From NCBI GenBank assembly GCA_041690395.1, contig JAWLHJ010000001.1, positions 864,001 to 928,000 on the forward strand: DNA of 64,000 nt. The letters are read 5' to 3'. This document shows positions 19,611 to 28,866 of the stretch, piece after piece; positions within the stretch are counted from its first letter, which is position 1, and the number at the start of each line of letters is the position of its first letter. Source of the stretch: Longimicrobiales bacterium. GTDB taxonomy: Bacteria > Gemmatimonadota > Gemmatimonadetes > Longimicrobiales > Gaopeijiaceae. Under the pieces are notes generated by a model. The model was given only the letters and a program-made list of their open reading frames with translations, made no database searches and was not told the origin of the DNA. Made by a program: the position numbers and the translations under genes.

Positions 19611-19931
19611 CTAGGCGTTACCGAGCAGTTGATTCGCCGCGGCCTCGCGTACCAGATCCCGCAGCCGCCTCGCCTCCGCCCTCGCGACCTCGTGGCCGGC
19701 TTCCGTCAGCCGCACGTAGGTGCGCCGAGGATCGGCGTCCTCGGGGGCGGCGCACTCCTCGATCCAACCGCGATCGAGCAGGTCCCGCACACGGCGAAAG
19801 AGGTTCGCCGGATACAGGGTCATCCGGTCACCCTCGGCCTCCTCGATGCGGCGAACGATCTCGGTGCCGTAGCTCGGGCCGGCGGTCAGCACCATCAGAA
19901 TACGGAACTCGAGGGGGTGGATGGGCCCCAT
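19611..19931 (-). CDS. PadR family transcriptional regulator
   Basis: SYGTEIVRRI, LYPANLFR, RRTYVRLTEAG; GGAGGA SD. Confidence 0.85.
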   Translation of the reverse strand: MGPIHPLEFRILMVLTAGPSYGTEIVRRIEEAEGDRMTLYPANLFRRVRDLLDRGWIEECAAPEDADPRRTYVRLTEAGHEVARAEARRLRDLVREAAANQLLGNA

Positions 19932-20025
19932 GTTCTCTCCTCCAGCGGGCGGGTCGCGCACGCACGCGCCCAAGTCGTCATCTCGACACTATCGATATGA
20001 CACAATCAGCCCGAGAAGGGTTGCC

Positions 20026-20490
20026 TCAGAGCGTCGCGAAGAGGTGTGTCCAGTGGCCGTCGACCAGGCCGACGCCGTGCTCCTCGAGCTGGCAGTTCTC
20101 GATGTTGGTCCGGTGGCCGGGGCTCCCGAGCCAGGCCTCGAGCACGGAGGATCCCGTCTCGAACCCCCGGGCGATGTTCTCGGCCATCCGGCGGTAGTCG
20201 ATCTCGGCCGCGCGGAGCCGGTCCGCCGGCGAAGCGCCGTCGGGATTGGTGTGTTCGAAGTAGTCTCGGACGACCATGTCCTGGCTGTGGGCGAGGGCCA
20301 CGGCCGCCACGTCTCCGTTCCACCGGAGGGCCGAGCATCCGACCGAAGCGCGGTGCTCGTTCATGAGCGACACGAACGCTTCGACCTCACCATCGAGCTC
20401 GGGCTCGAGCGGTGAGGTGGCGTCGCATCCTGCCAGAAGGACGGGCAGAAAGACGAGGAGGGTGCGCAGACCGGGGGCCAGGGGGCGCAT
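20026..20490 (-). CDS. CAP (SCP) domain lipoprotein
   Basis: HSQDM, AENIARG, WLGSPGHRTNI; LAGC lipobox. Confidence 0.9.
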   Translation of the reverse strand: MRPLAPGLRTLLVFLPVLLAGCDATSPLEPELDGEVEAFVSLMNEHRASVGCSALRWNGDVAAVALAHSQDMVVRDYFEHTNPDGASPADRLRAAEIDYRRMAENIARGFETGSSVLEAWLGSPGHRTNIENCQLEEHGVGLVDGHWTHLFATL

Positions 20491-20699
20491 GCGGGTTCAG
20501 CTGGAGGGGAGCGGTGGTGCCGGGACGCCCATCTCTTGAGAAAGAAGCGTGCCGCGTCAGTTCGCGGGGCGTTCGAGGACCGCCCGCACACCCGGGTTGA
20601 CCGGCTCGCGCTGGAGCGTGAGCGCGTAGAACCGCTGACCACGCCTTCGGTTGAAGATCGCGCCGTAGGTCCCGTGGTGAGATCCCATGTCGCCTATGA

Positions 20700-20729
20700 T
20701 TGACACGGATGTCGTGTCGGCATTCCATT
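20700..20729 (+). promoter_or_regulatory. promoter with operator-like palindrome for mod operon
   Basis: TTGACA at 20700; GACACG-N5-CGTGTC at 20702-20718; weak -10. Confidence 0.5.
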
Positions 20730-20735
20730 GGCGTC

Positions 20736-21842
20736 ATGGTGTCTCGCTCCCCCATCCATTCATCCGTGCGCGATCTGCGACTCGGCGCGGGCTGGTCCCA
20801 GTCCGAGCTCGGTGACCGCGTCGGACTGACCCGCCAGAGCCTCTCGGCGATCGAGGCCGGGAAGGCGGTGCCGTCGACCGACGTAGCGCTGAGGCTCGCC
20901 CGCACGCTCGGGGTGGCGGTCGAGGAGCTCTTCCGTCTGCGGGACGCCCCGGCTCCCGTCGAGCGTGCGGAGCGGTCGGGGCTCGGAGGCGCGCTACCGG
21001 GGCGCGTGCGGCTGGCGACGGTGTCGGGCAGGACATGGGCCTACGGACTCGATCTGGCCGATCCGGGCGGCGCCGACGCGGCCGATGGCATGGGCGAGGT
21101 CGGCGCGGACGGCCGCGTGCTCGTGCGCCCGCTCGCGGAGCGCCCCGAGCGACCGGATCTCGTGGTCGCCGGGTGTGACCCGGCGTTCGGTCTCGTCCGC
21201 GAGCGACTCCGCCGAGAGCACGGGCTGGAGGTGCTCTGGCTCCGCACCGGCAGCCGGGCCGCGCTCGACGCCCTCGCGCGGGGCGCCGTGCACGTCGCCG
21301 GCATCCATCTCCGTGATGCCGAATCCGGGGCGTACAACGGTCCGTGGATCGACCGGGTGGTCCCGTTCGCCGCGACCCGCATCGCTTTCGCCACGTGGGA
21401 ACAGGCGATCCTCGTGGGCCGGGGCAATCCTCTCGGTATCCGGAGGATCGAGGATCTGGCCCGCCCCGACGTCCGTTTCGTGAACCGGGAGCCGGGCTCG
21501 GGGAGCCGTGCGCTCGTGGAGAGCGCTCTCGCGGAGCACGGCCTCGACGCCGGGGCGATCCCGGGCTTTCTGGAGACGTCGGCGGACCGGCATGAGACGG
21601 TCGCGCGCGCCATCGCGTCCGGCGTGGCGCAGGCGGGCGTGGCGATCCGGGCCGTGGGGCACGCCCTGGAGCTCGGAGTCGTTCCGCTCGCGACCGAACC
21701 GTACGAGCTGGTCGTGCCGGACCATTTCCTGGACCTTCCCGCGGTGGACAGCCTCCTCGGCGTCCTTCGACGTTCCGCGATGCGGGAGCAGGTCGAGGCG
21801 TTGACCGGGTACGATGCGGGCTCGATGGGCGTGCCGCTGTGA
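20736..21842 (+). CDS. XRE-HTH plus PBP (molybdate-binding-like) transcriptional regulator
   Basis: SQSELGDRVGLTRQSLSAIEAG HTH; HVAGIHL and RFVNREPGSGSR PBP motifs. Confidence 0.85.
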   Translation: MVSRSPIHSSVRDLRLGAGWSQSELGDRVGLTRQSLSAIEAGKAVPSTDVALRLARTLGVAVEELFRLRDAPAPVERAERSGLGGALPGRVRLATVSGRTWAYGLDLADPGGADAADGMGEVGADGRVLVRPLAERPERPDLVVAGCDPAFGLVRERLRREHGLEVLWLRTGSRAALDALARGAVHVAGIHLRDAESGAYNGPWIDRVVPFAATRIAFATWEQAILVGRGNPLGIRRIEDLARPDVRFVNREPGSGSRALVESALAEHGLDAGAIPGFLETSADRHETVARAIASGVAQAGVAIRAVGHALELGVVPLATEPYELVVPDHFLDLPAVDSLLGVLRRSAMREQVEALTGYDAGSMGVPL

Positions 21843-22681
21843 GGGTGCGGAGCGGACGGAGGGCGCGCCCGTGGGCGGCCACATGCGACGCTGACGGCTA
21901 CCGGACCGTCGCCTGCGCGCTACTCGTGGCGACCCTCGCGGTTGCGGGGTGCGAGGGAGAGGCGCGGAGCGCGCGCGACGGAGCGCGGGAGTCCGAGACT
22001 CCCCTGCTGGTTCTCGCGGCGTCGGACCTGACGATCGCCTTCACGGAGCTGGAGCCGGCCTACGAGCAGGCGTCGGGAAACGAGGTGACCACGGTGTTCG
22101 GCTCCTCGGGCAACCTCGCCGCACAGATCCGCAACGGTGCCCCCGCGGATGTCTTCATCTCGGCCAACGAGTCCTTCGTGGACGACCTCGTGTCCGCCGG
22201 GCGGATCGATTCGGCGACGCGGGTCGAGGTCGCCGTGGGCCGCCTCGCGCTCGTGGTGCCCCCGGGTCGGGCGGTCGCGGAAGACCCGGGAGCGCTCACG
22301 GACCCCGTGTACCGCGTGATCGCGATCGCGAATCCGGAGCATGCGCCGTACGGTGTGGCTGCCCGCTCCGCCCTCCAGGCGACCGGTGCCTGGACCACGC
22401 TGGACGACCGGCTGGTCATGGGCGAGAACGTGGTCCAGGCCTACCAATACGTGCGGACGGGCAACGCCGATGCCGGCCTGGTGGCGCTCGGACTGTTGCG
22501 ATCCGCGGACCTGCCGTACAGACTCGTCGACGCCGACCTGCACGCCCCCATCCTGCAGGTCGGGGGCGTCGTGCGGGCCAGCCCGCATGCGTCTCGTGCG
22601 GCGGACTTCCTCGCGTGGGTGACGGGACCCGACGGTCGGGCGATCCTCCAAAGCTACGGCTTCGAGCCGCCCGAGCGATGA
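21839..22681 (+). CDS. modA: molybdate ABC transporter substrate-binding protein
   Basis: AASDL, FGSSGNLAAQI, APADVFISAN, IANPEHAPYG. Confidence 0.9.
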   Translation: MRVRSGRRARPWAATCDADGYRTVACALLVATLAVAGCEGEARSARDGARESETPLLVLAASDLTIAFTELEPAYEQASGNEVTTVFGSSGNLAAQIRNGAPADVFISANESFVDDLVSAGRIDSATRVEVAVGRLALVVPPGRAVAEDPGALTDPVYRVIAIANPEHAPYGVAARSALQATGAWTTLDDRLVMGENVVQAYQYVRTGNADAGLVALGLLRSADLPYRLVDADLHAPILQVGGVVRASPHASRAADFLAWVTGPDGRAILQSYGFEPPER

Positions 22682-23331
22682 GTCCGCTCGCCCTCTCGTT
22701 CTGGGTCGCCCTGAATGCCACGGTCCTGGCCACCGTGGTTGGGCTTCCCCTGGCCTGGCTCCTCGCACGGAAGGCCATCCCCGGCAGGGACCTGCTGGCC
22801 GTCCTGGTTCTCCTCCCGATGGTCCTGCCTCCCACGGTGCTCGGCTACGGGCTCCTGCTGGTGCTGGGGCAGGGCGGGTTGGTCGGCGGGTGGGCGGAGT
22901 CGCTCGGGCTGGGCAGAATCGTGTTCTCGCGGACCGGGGCGATCATCGCGGCCTTCGTGGCGTCGGCTCCCTTCATGATCCGTGCGGCTCAGGCCGGGTT
23001 CGAGCAGGTCGACCCGGCGTACGAGGAGGCGGCCCGCACCCTTGGACGGGGTGAGATCGCGATCTGGCTCACGATCACGCTCCCCCTCGCCTGGCGAGCG
23101 GTTCTGGCGGGACTCGCGCTCACCTTCGCCCGCGCGGTCGGGGAGTTCGGGGCGACGGTCATGGTCGCCGGCAGCATCCCGGGGCGAACCCGGACCGCGA
23201 GCCTCGCCATCTACGATCACGTCCAGGCCGGTCGTATGGACGAGGCGGGCCTGCTGGCGCTGGTCCTCACGGGTGCGGCAGGGGTCGCCCTCCTGGTGCT
23301 GACCCGTGTGGGCAGGGGCCCCGGCTGGTGA
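22678..23331 (+). CDS. modB: molybdate ABC transporter permease
   Basis: LPMVLPPTVLGY, FARAVGEFGAT, IPGRTRT; ATGA overlap. Confidence 0.9.
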   Translation: MSPLALSFWVALNATVLATVVGLPLAWLLARKAIPGRDLLAVLVLLPMVLPPTVLGYGLLLVLGQGGLVGGWAESLGLGRIVFSRTGAIIAAFVASAPFMIRAAQAGFEQVDPAYEEAARTLGRGEIAIWLTITLPLAWRAVLAGLALTFARAVGEFGATVMVAGSIPGRTRTASLAIYDHVQAGRMDEAGLLALVLTGAAGVALLVLTRVGRGPGW

Positions 23332-24053
23332 GCCTCGACGTCTCGCTCCGGGCGCGGTTCCCGGATTTCCGGCTCGACGTGTCGTTCGAGACGTCCGCGA
23401 CCGGGATCTCCGCCCTGTTCGGCCCGTCGGGCGCGGGTAAGTCGCTCACTCTGCGACATCTGGCCGGGCTCGAGCGCGCCGAGGCCGGTCACGTCCGGCT
23501 CGGCTCCCGCACGCTCCTCGACGCGGCGGCCGGCGTGTTCGTGAGGCCGCGGGACAGGCGCATCGGACTCGTCTTCCAGGAGTACGCCCTCTTTCCGCAC
23601 CTGGACGTGAGAGCGAACGTCGCCTTCGGCCTCCATGACCGTCCGCGCGACGCACGGCGTAGGCGGGTCGACGAGTTGCTCTCCCTCGTGGGCCTGGAGG
23701 GATACGGGGAACGGAATACACGAAGTCTCTCGGGTGGCGAGCGGCAGCGGGTGGCCATCGCGCGCGCCCTCGCGCCCGAGCCGGAGCTACTGCTTCTGGA
23801 CGAGCCTTTCGCGGCGCTGGACTTCCGGGTCCGGGGCGATCTCCGGCGAGCACTCGGCGAGATCCAGAGGCATACCTCCGTACCCATGATCCTCGTGACC
23901 CACGCGCTCGAAGACGTCCGGGCTCTTGCGGATACCCTGGTGTTGATGGACCAGGGCAGGGTCGTCACGACGGGCCCGACGGTCTCGGTCCTGGAGGACC
24001 CTCCGTCGGCGGACGCGGCGGCGCTCGTCGGCTCAGCGCTCCGCTCCTCATGA
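23328..24053 (+). CDS. modC: molybdate ABC transporter ATP-binding protein
   Basis: GPSGAGKS, LSGGERQRVA, LLLDEPF. Confidence 0.9.
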   Translation: MSLDVSLRARFPDFRLDVSFETSATGISALFGPSGAGKSLTLRHLAGLERAEAGHVRLGSRTLLDAAAGVFVRPRDRRIGLVFQEYALFPHLDVRANVAFGLHDRPRDARRRRVDELLSLVGLEGYGERNTRSLSGGERQRVAIARALAPEPELLLLDEPFAALDFRVRGDLRRALGEIQRHTSVPMILVTHALEDVRALADTLVLMDQGRVVTTGPTVSVLEDPPSADAAALVGSALRSS

Positions 24054-24170
24054 GTCCGGGGCGTCGAAAAAACCCTTGGCGTTCCTCCGAGGTGCGCGGT
24101 TAGCGTATAAGGAGTCCCGGGAAGCCATCCCGACACCCCACTCCTCCGATTGGAGATCGCTTTGAACCGC

Positions 24171-25082
24171 ATGTCCCGAGTCCTGGCGGCCGGTGCCGTC
24201 CTGGCTGCCGTGACCTCTCTCACGGCCGAGCCGGCCTCCTCCCAGAACTGGAAGGAAGCGCCGCTCTACGAGGCCCTGAGCCTCACCGCGGGCTTCATGC
24301 CCGATCCGGTATCGCGCTCGCTCCAGGCGGGCGGCAACGACAGCAACCCGATCGACGGCTCCGGATGTGCCGGCTATATCAACGCCGAGCGGCCCGACTA
24401 CGACCTGAACTACACGGCCGGCAGCTCGTCGCTCTACATCTACGCGCGCTCGGGGAGCGACGTGACGTTGCTGGTCAACGACCCGGCGGGCAACTGGCAC
24501 TGCAGCGACGACTGGGACGGAACGGATCCGATGGTCCAGTTCGACAACCCCCGGAGCGGGAACTACAACGTCTGGGTGGGCACGTACTCGTCCGGAACCA
24601 CGCAGCCGGCCACCCTCCACTTCAGCGAGATCACGCCATCGACCGGTGATGCGTCCGGCACGGGCTTCGGACCGGGCATGCCCGACATCTCGGCCCTTCC
24701 GGTCTACGAGACGTTCGATCTCTCCGCCGGCTTCACCCCGGACCCGCTCTCGCGCACGCTCCTGGCCGGGGGCAGCGACCCCAATCCCGTTTCCGGCTCC
24801 GGATGCACCGGGTATCTCAACCTGGAGGCGCCCGACTTCGATCTGAACTACACGTCCGGGTCGTTTCCGCTCTACATCTACGCCGAGTCGAGCGCCGATC
24901 TCACGCTCGTGGTGAACGACGCGAACGGCACGTGGCATTGCAGCGACGACGCCAACGGTACCAACCCGATGATCCACCTGCCGAACCCGCCCAGCGGGAA
25001 CTACAACATCTGGGTCGGCACCTACTCTTCGGGCTCCCTCCACAGCGCGACGCTCTACCTCTCCGAAGTGTCGCCCTCCTGA
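24171..25082 (+). CDS. secreted protein with two tandem homologous beta-rich domains
   Basis: signal peptide; duplicated LxAGFxPDP...GSGCxGY...WHCSDD...GNYNxWVGTY. Confidence 0.8.
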   Translation: MSRVLAAGAVLAAVTSLTAEPASSQNWKEAPLYEALSLTAGFMPDPVSRSLQAGGNDSNPIDGSGCAGYINAERPDYDLNYTAGSSSLYIYARSGSDVTLLVNDPAGNWHCSDDWDGTDPMVQFDNPRSGNYNVWVGTYSSGTTQPATLHFSEITPSTGDASGTGFGPGMPDISALPVYETFDLSAGFTPDPLSRTLLAGGSDPNPVSGSGCTGYLNLEAPDFDLNYTSGSFPLYIYAESSADLTLVVNDANGTWHCSDDANGTNPMIHLPNPPSGNYNIWVGTYSSGSLHSATLYLSEVSPS

Positions 25083-25167
25083 CCGTTCCGGGCCTGACGG
25101 AGGGCAGGCGTGCCGGACTCGGCGCGCCTCCCTCCGTCGCGTCCGGCCGGGCGGCGCGCGGCGGAAG

Positions 25168-27663
25168 TCAGCGCCGCCGCGTCCCCGACGTCGCGACCGA
25201 CGCGTCCGGCTCCACGGTGGGGCCGGCCAGGGGCCCGCTGAGCCGGAGCCCGATCTCGAGCGGAGTGCCGTTCGCGCGGAGCCCGTTCAGCACGTCCGAC
25301 CCGATGCCCGTGCGCCTCAGGGACAGCCCCCCGAGCTCGGAGGCCGGAATCGACAGGCCGAGTGAGAGATCCGTTCCTCCCTCGAGCGCGATCATTCCTG
25401 AAAGCATCGCATCGCAAAGCGCCCCCGTGAGCTCGCTCCGCTCGATCTCCAGGAGCGTATCCCGGATCGTGAAGTCCGTCGCCCATTCTTCGAACGGGAG
25501 CGACTCCCAGCCATCCGCCGAGAGGAAATCCGCCACCGCGTAGTTGATTCCGGTGCGCGACACGGAACCGTTCCTGAGCGTGAGCGTTCCGGAGCCGTTC
25601 AGCCCCTGGCGAGCGGGGAGCAGGGTCCGCTCGGTGGCGCCCTGCAGGTCGATCTCGAAGTCGGCCTCTCCTTCGAAGGTGTCTCCGACCGGGGTCAGGG
25701 TGGAGAAGAACGACGCGGCCACGACGTCGCGCAGCGCGAGCTCGAGCGCGAAAGGCTCCGTGTCGGCGGCCCCCACCCCGAGCGTCAGGGCCCCCGCGCC
25801 GGTTCCGCCCCACGTCTCGAACGCCGCGTCCCGTACGACGAGCTCGGACGGGGAGAGCTCGACGATCGCCGACAGGTTCTCGAGCGAGAACGGCGAGAGT
25901 GACAGGGTGTCCAGATCCAGCGCGACCGAACCCACGACCGGGAGGGCCGTCGGGCGCGACATGCCCCGGTCACGCACGGCGACGCCCGCGCCGAAGCCGC
26001 CCACGGTCCGACGTCCGAGGTGCGCGAAGGCGGCCTGCGCGTAGGTCGCGTCGGTGCGGGGCTCCGCCCTCCCGAGAACGGCGCCGAGATCCAGGCTCCC
26101 GCCATGGAGGGCGGCTTCCAGGACCGGTGGCCTGTCCGGTCCCGGGCCGGACGGGCGCGGGGGAGCGCTCCAGGGGGTCGCCAACGCGCTCACGATCGTG
26201 GCCACCGGGAGCGGAATACGATTCAACCGCCCGGTGGTCTGCAACGGGTCGATCCCCGCCATGACGATCACGTCGCTCCAGAACATGTCGCCGCCCCTGA
26301 AGGATGCCGTGCCGTTGGCCACGTAGACGGGCACGTCGATCCGGGCGTGATCGACCCTGAGGCCCGCGACGGTGCCGGTGCCCGTCAGATCCAGCCGCTC
26401 AGGAACGTCCAGCGAGCCGGACAGCACCACATCGACCGTCAGGCTACCCGCGAACCGGGCCCATTCCGGCGTCCAACCCAGCCGGTCGAGCACCGCCAGG
26501 TCGGGGCGCGCCCACGCCTCGATCCTTACGCGCCGGTCCTCGCCGGCGACCCGCCCGTACAACTCGAACGCGCCGTCTGCGAAGAAGCCGCTCACGGCGT
26601 GGAGCAGCAGCGTATCCGGCGCGAACTCCAACGTTCCGGTGACGGCTTCGGCGACGGGCTCATTTCCGCGCACGACATCCACGCCGAGGAGGGCGATTTC
26701 GCCCCGCAGTACCGGGCTCGAAGTGCTCGGCCCGGGGGCGGCGAGATGAGCGTCGAGGGCGACCGTCCCAGTGATCCGCGTATCCGGCGAGCTCGGGGCC
26801 CGGCCCATCCACGTCGCGAGCGTGGCTGCGGGCAGCTCATCGTGCGTGAGTCGGAGGTCGAGCGAGGGCTCGGCTCCTCGGGTGTCGGAGATCCGGCCGC
26901 CGACGGACAGAAACTGGCCGGCGTGCGACAGCACACCTTCCTCGATCTCTATGCGGTCGAAGACCTCGTCCCCGTACAGGATGCCGCTGGCGCTCGGACC
27001 CGCCGCGTGCAGCGCGGGGCGCCCCGGATCACTGAAGAGCACGCGCATCGAGTCCGACGTGGCCTCCACCGCCATCCGCCACCCCTCGGGTCCGCCGCGG
27101 TCCAGGTCGGCATCGAGGCTCGCTCCGGTGAGCGTGAGGGCACGAGATTCGGGCGCGTCCGCGTAGGTCACGGTGGCACCCTCGAGACGGATCCGGCGGA
27201 GCGCGATGCCCAGGGCGCCTTGCGCTTGCTCCCCGACGTCGCGACGTCGCGGTATCAGGTCGCCGAAGTTCGACACACCCTGCTCGTCGATGGCCAGGTG
27301 GACTCTCGGTCCCTCGGCCCGGAGCCCGCTCACGCGAAGGCGGCCGACGATGAGCGGGAGGATCGCGAGCTCCATCCAGACGTCGTCGGCCTCGAGCACG
27401 GGCGGTCCCTCGAAGGCCTCCAGGTTGTCGACACGCACGTCCGAGATCCTGGCTCCCGGCCGGGGCAGGAGGACGAGCGAAGCTTCGCCGATAGACACGC
27501 TCCGATTCAGCGCGGCCGACGCGCGCGGCACCAGCCTACCCGCGAGCTCATCGGCGTCGACCAACACCTCGAGGGCGATGGCGACCGCCGAGAACGCCAG
27601 AACCGCGCCGAGCGCGAGCGCGGCCGCGGTTCGGCCGAGGATCCGGATGGCACGCCTGTCCAT
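25168..27663 (-). CDS. AsmA family protein
   Basis: N-terminal TM, ASAALNRSVSIG, LPLIVGRLRV, GVSNFGDL; C-terminal LSGPLAGPTV. Confidence 0.75.
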   Translation of the reverse strand: MDRRAIRILGRTAAALALGAVLAFSAVAIALEVLVDADELAGRLVPRASAALNRSVSIGEASLVLLPRPGARISDVRVDNLEAFEGPPVLEADDVWMELAILPLIVGRLRVSGLRAEGPRVHLAIDEQGVSNFGDLIPRRRDVGEQAQGALGIALRRIRLEGATVTYADAPESRALTLTGASLDADLDRGGPEGWRMAVEATSDSMRVLFSDPGRPALHAAGPSASGILYGDEVFDRIEIEEGVLSHAGQFLSVGGRISDTRGAEPSLDLRLTHDELPAATLATWMGRAPSSPDTRITGTVALDAHLAAPGPSTSSPVLRGEIALLGVDVVRGNEPVAEAVTGTLEFAPDTLLLHAVSGFFADGAFELYGRVAGEDRRVRIEAWARPDLAVLDRLGWTPEWARFAGSLTVDVVLSGSLDVPERLDLTGTGTVAGLRVDHARIDVPVYVANGTASFRGGDMFWSDVIVMAGIDPLQTTGRLNRIPLPVATIVSALATPWSAPPRPSGPGPDRPPVLEAALHGGSLDLGAVLGRAEPRTDATYAQAAFAHLGRRTVGGFGAGVAVRDRGMSRPTALPVVGSVALDLDTLSLSPFSLENLSAIVELSPSELVVRDAAFETWGGTGAGALTLGVGAADTEPFALELALRDVVAASFFSTLTPVGDTFEGEADFEIDLQGATERTLLPARQGLNGSGTLTLRNGSVSRTGINYAVADFLSADGWESLPFEEWATDFTIRDTLLEIERSELTGALCDAMLSGMIALEGGTDLSLGLSIPASELGGLSLRRTGIGSDVLNGLRANGTPLEIGLRLSGPLAGPTVEPDASVATSGTRRR

Positions 27664-27814
27664 GATGTTCCTCCTGGTTCTCGAAGCGGGTCCGGCAGCC
27701 CGGGAAGCGGTTTGGTGAGACCGTCGGGCGCCCCGGGAAGCGGTGCCTGCGCTCAGCCCTCGTCGCAAGGAAGGTGCCACCCTGCGCGTCCCGCCACCCC
27801 ACGGCGTGGTCGTG

Positions 27815-27847
27815 TGTGTTGACATCAAATGTGATAACACATATAAT
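27815..27847 (+). promoter_or_regulatory. consensus sigma70 promoter with imperfect palindrome (putative MarR operator)
   Basis: TTGACA(27819)-N17-TATAAT(27842); TGTGTT...ACAT-CAA-ATGT...AACACA. Confidence 0.85.
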
Positions 27848-27853
27848 CGGCTC

Positions 27854-28321
27854 ATGGTGACGAATCTGCAGGAAGAGCTACGCCAGAAGCGTCCGTTCGC
27901 GAGCACGGAACAGGAGGCGTTCCTGAGCCTCGGGCGGACATGGGCCGTGTTGGAGCACGCCTTCTCGGAGGCTCTCAAGCCGCATGGGATTACGCCGACG
28001 CAGTACAACGCGCTTCGCATTCTTAGGGGGACCGGCCCGGGAGGGCTGAGCAGGGCCGACGTCATCGATCGCATGGTGTCGAGAGTTCCCGACGCGACTC
28101 GGCTTCTGGATCGCCTCGAGGCCATGGGTCTGAGCGTTCGGGCGCGTGATCCCGAGGACCGCCGGTACGTGCGGACGAGCATCACGAAGCAGGGGATGGC
28201 CCTTCTCGCGGAGCTCGACGACCCGGTCCAGGAGCTCCACGAGCGGCACCTGGGCGCGCTCGACGAGACAGAGCTCGAGATCCTCATCGGCCTCCTGGCA
28301 CGCATTCGCTCGGCGATATGA
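27854..28321 (+). CDS. MarR family transcriptional regulator
   Basis: GITPTQYNALRILRG, PDATRLLDRLE, EDRRYV. Confidence 0.9.
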   Translation: MVTNLQEELRQKRPFASTEQEAFLSLGRTWAVLEHAFSEALKPHGITPTQYNALRILRGTGPGGLSRADVIDRMVSRVPDATRLLDRLEAMGLSVRARDPEDRRYVRTSITKQGMALLAELDDPVQELHERHLGALDETELEILIGLLARIRSAI

Positions 28322-28356
28322 GCGGGATCCTCGCATACTCCAAGGAGTCGCATACC

Positions 28357-28866
28357 ATGAGCACGACGACGAGCCATCATCGTTCCGGCGCGCACGACCT
28401 CGCGCTTCTAGTCCTTCGCGTCGCCCTCGGCGCGATCTTCATCGCTCACGGAGGCCAGAAGCTCTTCTGGTTCGGCATCGCGGGCACGACCGAAGCGTTC
28501 GTGGGCATGGGTGTCTTCCTCCCCCAGCTCACCGCACCGGCGGTCGCGATCGTAGAGCTCTTCGGCGGCCTCGCGCTGGTGGCCGGCCTGTTCACCCGCC
28601 TGGCCGCTGCGAGCATCGCCGTCGTCATGCTCGGAGCCATGGTCATGGTCCATCTGCCGGCCGGCTTCTTCCTGCCCAACGGCATCGAGTTCGTGCTGAT
28701 GAACTTCGCTGCCGCGGTGGCGCTCGCCCTCCTCGGCGCAGGAGCCTACTCCGTCGATGGTCAGCGTGCCGCGGCACGCCAGGAAGACCGGTCGGCCACA
28801 ACTACAAAGGCGCCCACGGGAGCGCAGCCGGAAGCAGGAGCGGCGCCGGAGTCCGACGCGCCGTGA
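28357..28866 (+). CDS. DoxX family membrane protein (CatD-like)
   Basis: LRVALGAIFIAHGGQKLF, GLFTRLAA, NGIEF, GAGAYSVD. Confidence 0.9.
   Translation: MSTTTSHHRSGAHDLALLVLRVALGAIFIAHGGQKLFWFGIAGTTEAFVGMGVFLPQLTAPAVAIVELFGGLALVAGLFTRLAAASIAVVMLGAMVMVHLPAGFFLPNGIEFVLMNFAAAVALALLGAGAYSVDGQRAAARQEDRSATTTKAPTGAQPEAGAAPESDAP

Noticed and set aside
20520..20735. Moco riboswitch ahead of modABC
   Set aside because: No recognisable Moco motif; the putative promoter abuts the start codon, leaving no leader
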